Shown piece after piece: positions 61,570 to 64,000 of a stretch of 64,000 nt of DNA. This stretch comes from Macrostomum hystrix (lineage: Eukaryota > Animalia > Platyhelminthes), in contig CATNEN010000007.1 of assembly GCA_950097015.1 (NCBI GenBank), forward strand, positions 7,626,001 to 7,690,000. The letters run 5' to 3'. The notes under the pieces were generated by a model. That model had not been told where the DNA came from. It did no database searches and worked only from the letters and a program-made list of their open reading frames with translations. Position numbers and translations under genes: made by a program. How positions within the stretch are numbered: the stretch's first letter is position 1; each line of letters begins with the position of its first letter.

Positions 61570-62697
61570 GCAGCTGAGTCAGGCGCAGCGTTTCGCTGGC
61601 AGCTTCGCCGGGTCAGCGACATGAACAGCTATGGTCGCACGCCCAGCCTGATGCCGATCTTTACTGATCGGCCAACACTGCTGGGCCGCGGCAGTCAGAG
61701 TGTTCAGCCTGACTATGTCTTGGAGTCCACAGCTCAGGCTATGATGCCCAGCCGCCTTCACGCTCGCCTGCACCCGAGGCCGGACGGCGGCGTGGATATC
61801 GAGGACCTCAGCGTGAACGGCACCTACCTGAATTTTACTCGGATTGCCAAGCTGGAGCGGGTGAAGCTGACTGAAGGAGCCGTACTGGCGTTCGGTCATC
61901 GCAACGGCATGAACATCAAGCCGGGGGAGTTTGTGCCCACATTCCGATCCGAGCTTAAATTTGTCTTCGAATCTGCGACCGCACACCGGAACCAACCAGA
62001 TGAGATTTCTGCTCCTGCAGCTGATCCTACCGCTGCTGCGGCTCCTTCTCCCCCTGGTGCTGCGGCTCCTCCTCCCCCTGCTGCTGCGGCTCCTCCTCCC
62101 CCTGCTGCTGCTGTTGCTGTCCAGCCGAGCACTGATTCTGAAGCTCCAATCTGCGGCTTCAAGCGTCAACTGTCGGACAACCCGCAGGACCAGACGGAGC
62201 TGGCAGTCAAGCGGCCGCGGACGATGGCTCATGACGAAGCCGCCGACGTCAATGAGGCTACGATTCAGCCGGCGCCGCTGACACCGCGCCCGTTGAACTC
62301 GCTCCCAGCGCCTGTGATCGGCACGCCGCCATCTGTGCTGAAGTTGCCGAAGTTCAATGGGCCGGGCACGCCAGGCAGCGGCAGTCAGAACCGGCGCCGG
62401 GGTCGGAAGTCGCGCCAGCCTCGCCAGCAGCGGCCGCCGATGACGCCGGTTGCCATAACAACCGCGGCTGCCATTGCCGCCGCTAATCTATCAGCAGCCG
62501 CCGCCGCAGCCGACGCGCAATCCGACGAAGGACCCTGCGCCCTGGGCGCCGAGTGCGGCCTACCAGTTGGTCCCAACCTCATGTGGGTCGGCTGCGACCG
62601 TTGCCTGGCCTGGTTCCACGCCAAGTGCACCTACTTGGCCGGCTGCAGCGAGGAGGAGCTGGCCGCGGCAGACTTTGTGTGCAACCGGTGCCGATGA
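61570..62697 (+). CDS. TCF19: TCF19-like FHA plus PHD-finger protein; the exon starts at an acceptor, and the start codon must come from upstream or from an internal ATG
   Basis: FHA motifs LLGRG..SRLHA..IEDLSVNGTYLN..LTEGAVLAFG; Pro/Ala linker; PHD C..C..WVGCDRCLAWFHAKC..FVCNRC. Acceptor TACTTGCAG ends at 61569. Confidence 0.82.
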   Translation, partial: AAESGAAFRWQLRRVSDMNSYGRTPSLMPIFTDRPTLLGRGSQSVQPDYVLESTAQAMMPSRLHARLHPRPDGGVDIEDLSVNGTYLNFTRIAKLERVKLTEGAVLAFGHRNGMNIKPGEFVPTFRSELKFVFESATAHRNQPDEISAPAADPTAAAAPSPPGAAAPPPPAAAAPPPPAAAVAVQPSTDSEAPICGFKRQLSDNPQDQTELAVKRPRTMAHDEAADVNEATIQPAPLTPRPLNSLPAPVIGTPPSVLKLPKFNGPGTPGSGSQNRRRGRKSRQPRQQRPPMTPVAITTAAAIAAANLSAAAAAADAQSDEGPCALGAECGLPVGPNLMWVGCDRCLAWFHAKCTYLAGCSEEELAAADFVCNRCR

Positions 62698-63297
62698 CTC
62701 GCCAGCTGATCCCCCATCTCTGCATCTCCGTGAAGGACACGGACTGCAGGGACTCTTATTTAGTCATTACAAGTTTTTTTTAACTTTTATTTTTTTACTT
62801 GCTTTCTTACTTAGCTAACTAGCAGAGTCAGCATTTCTCAATCCCATATCTTGATAGGCCATTTTCATTCATTTATCAATCTCTAGCTTTTCTGCATTCA
62901 ATTTCTGCTACGCAAATTCATAAACGCTTCTTATCTAATGAAATTCATGCTGGAAAACATCCGAAATTCTGTTACGCCTACTGACAGTAGCATTTTCGAT
63001 TACATTTGTACTTTTTTAATTAAATTTCAAAAAATATATTTGTGTACAATTTAAGTGTTAAGTAAAGTGTCAACACTGATTTTGTTACCAACGCGTGCTA
63101 TAAATTACTGCATTTCTGTAGTGTGCAACAGTTAATAAACTAATAAATGCTCTTTCTGCGATAACAAACTGTGCAATTACCCATGCGTTTCTCCTGCCTG
63201 CTCTTTTTCTCACTTATGAGTTCCAACTTCTAGTGCGTCGAAATATCTTACTTCTAGAAATTTGATTTACTAGAGCTTCAGTTACCTGTTACCTGTA

Positions 63298-64000
63298 CCG
63301 GAACTGGAAACTAACTAGAATTTCGGTTTCGGAACTGGAAACTAACTAGAATTTCGGTTTCGGAAACTGGAAACTAACTAGAAATTCGGTTTCGGGATCT
63401 GGAAACTAACTAAAAATTCGGTTTCGGGATCTGGAAACTAACTAGAATTTCGGTTTCAGGAACTCGAAATTAACTAGAATTTCGGTTTCGGGATCTGGAA
63501 ACTAACTAGAAATTCGGTTTCGGGATCTGGAAACTAAGTAGAATTTCGGTTTCGGAAACTGGAAACTAAATAGAATTTCGGTTTCGGGAACTAAAAACTA
63601 ACTAGAATTTCGGTTTCGGAAACTGGAAACTAACTAGAATTTCGGTTTTGGAAACTGGAAACTAAATTGAATTTCGGTTTCGCGAAATGGAAACTAACTA
63701 GAATTTCGGTTTCGCGAAATGGAAACTAACTAGAATTTCGGTTTCAGGAACTCGAAATTAACTAGAATTTCGGTTTCGGGATCTGGAAAATAACTAGAAA
63801 TTCGGTTTCGGGATCTGGAAACTAAGTAGAATTTCGGTTTCGGAAACTGGAAACTAAATAGAATTTCGGTTTCGGGAACTAAAAACTAACTAGAATTTCG
63901 GTTTCGGAAACTGGAAACTAACTAGAATTTCGGTTTTGGAAACTGGAAACTAAATAGAATTTCGGTTTCGGAAACTGGAAACTAACTAGAATTTCGGTTT
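63298..64000. repeat. 32-bp satellite (GGAAACTGGAAACTAACTAGAATTTCGGTTTC) running off the window, with a 9-unit higher-order repeat
   Basis: The variant TCAGGAACTCGAAATT recurs at 63456 and 63744 (288 bp = 9 x 32). Confidence 0.96.

Overview
Eukaryotic (metazoan) genomic DNA with GC-rich spliced exons, AT-rich 5' regions and many unrelated minisatellites. The style suggests a free-living flatworm such as Macrostomum, which is an inference and not verified. I reconstructed ten protein-coding genes by hand: MPC1 (-), SPMIP1/ATP6V1FNB-like (+), PUS1-like (-, one +1 frameshift), a COX14-like membrane microprotein (-), an uncharacterised MATH/TRAF-like protein (-, one +1 frameshift), RPRD1 (+), DCAF11/WDR23 (+), an HR96/NR1J-like nuclear receptor (+), a PDF-receptor-like class B GPCR (-) and TCF19-like FHA-PHD (+). 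Mobile DNA comprises three copies of a non-autonomous DNA element with CACGGGGT termini, a tRNA-headed CORE-like SINE nested in one copy, and an orphan hAT end. The most interesting signal is a recurring architecture at housekeeping transcription units: a CpG-containing AT-rich promoter zone, then a 1.2-2 kb near CpG-free desert, then (or at the start of the desert, for RPRD1) a splice acceptor just before the ATG, sometimes followed by a second gene with no promoter-like zone. This suggests 5'-restricted germline CpG methylation, SL trans-splicing and operons (microprotein->PUS1; RPRD1->DCAF11). TCF19 may take its start codon from the spliced leader. All coordinates and counts were made by eye.
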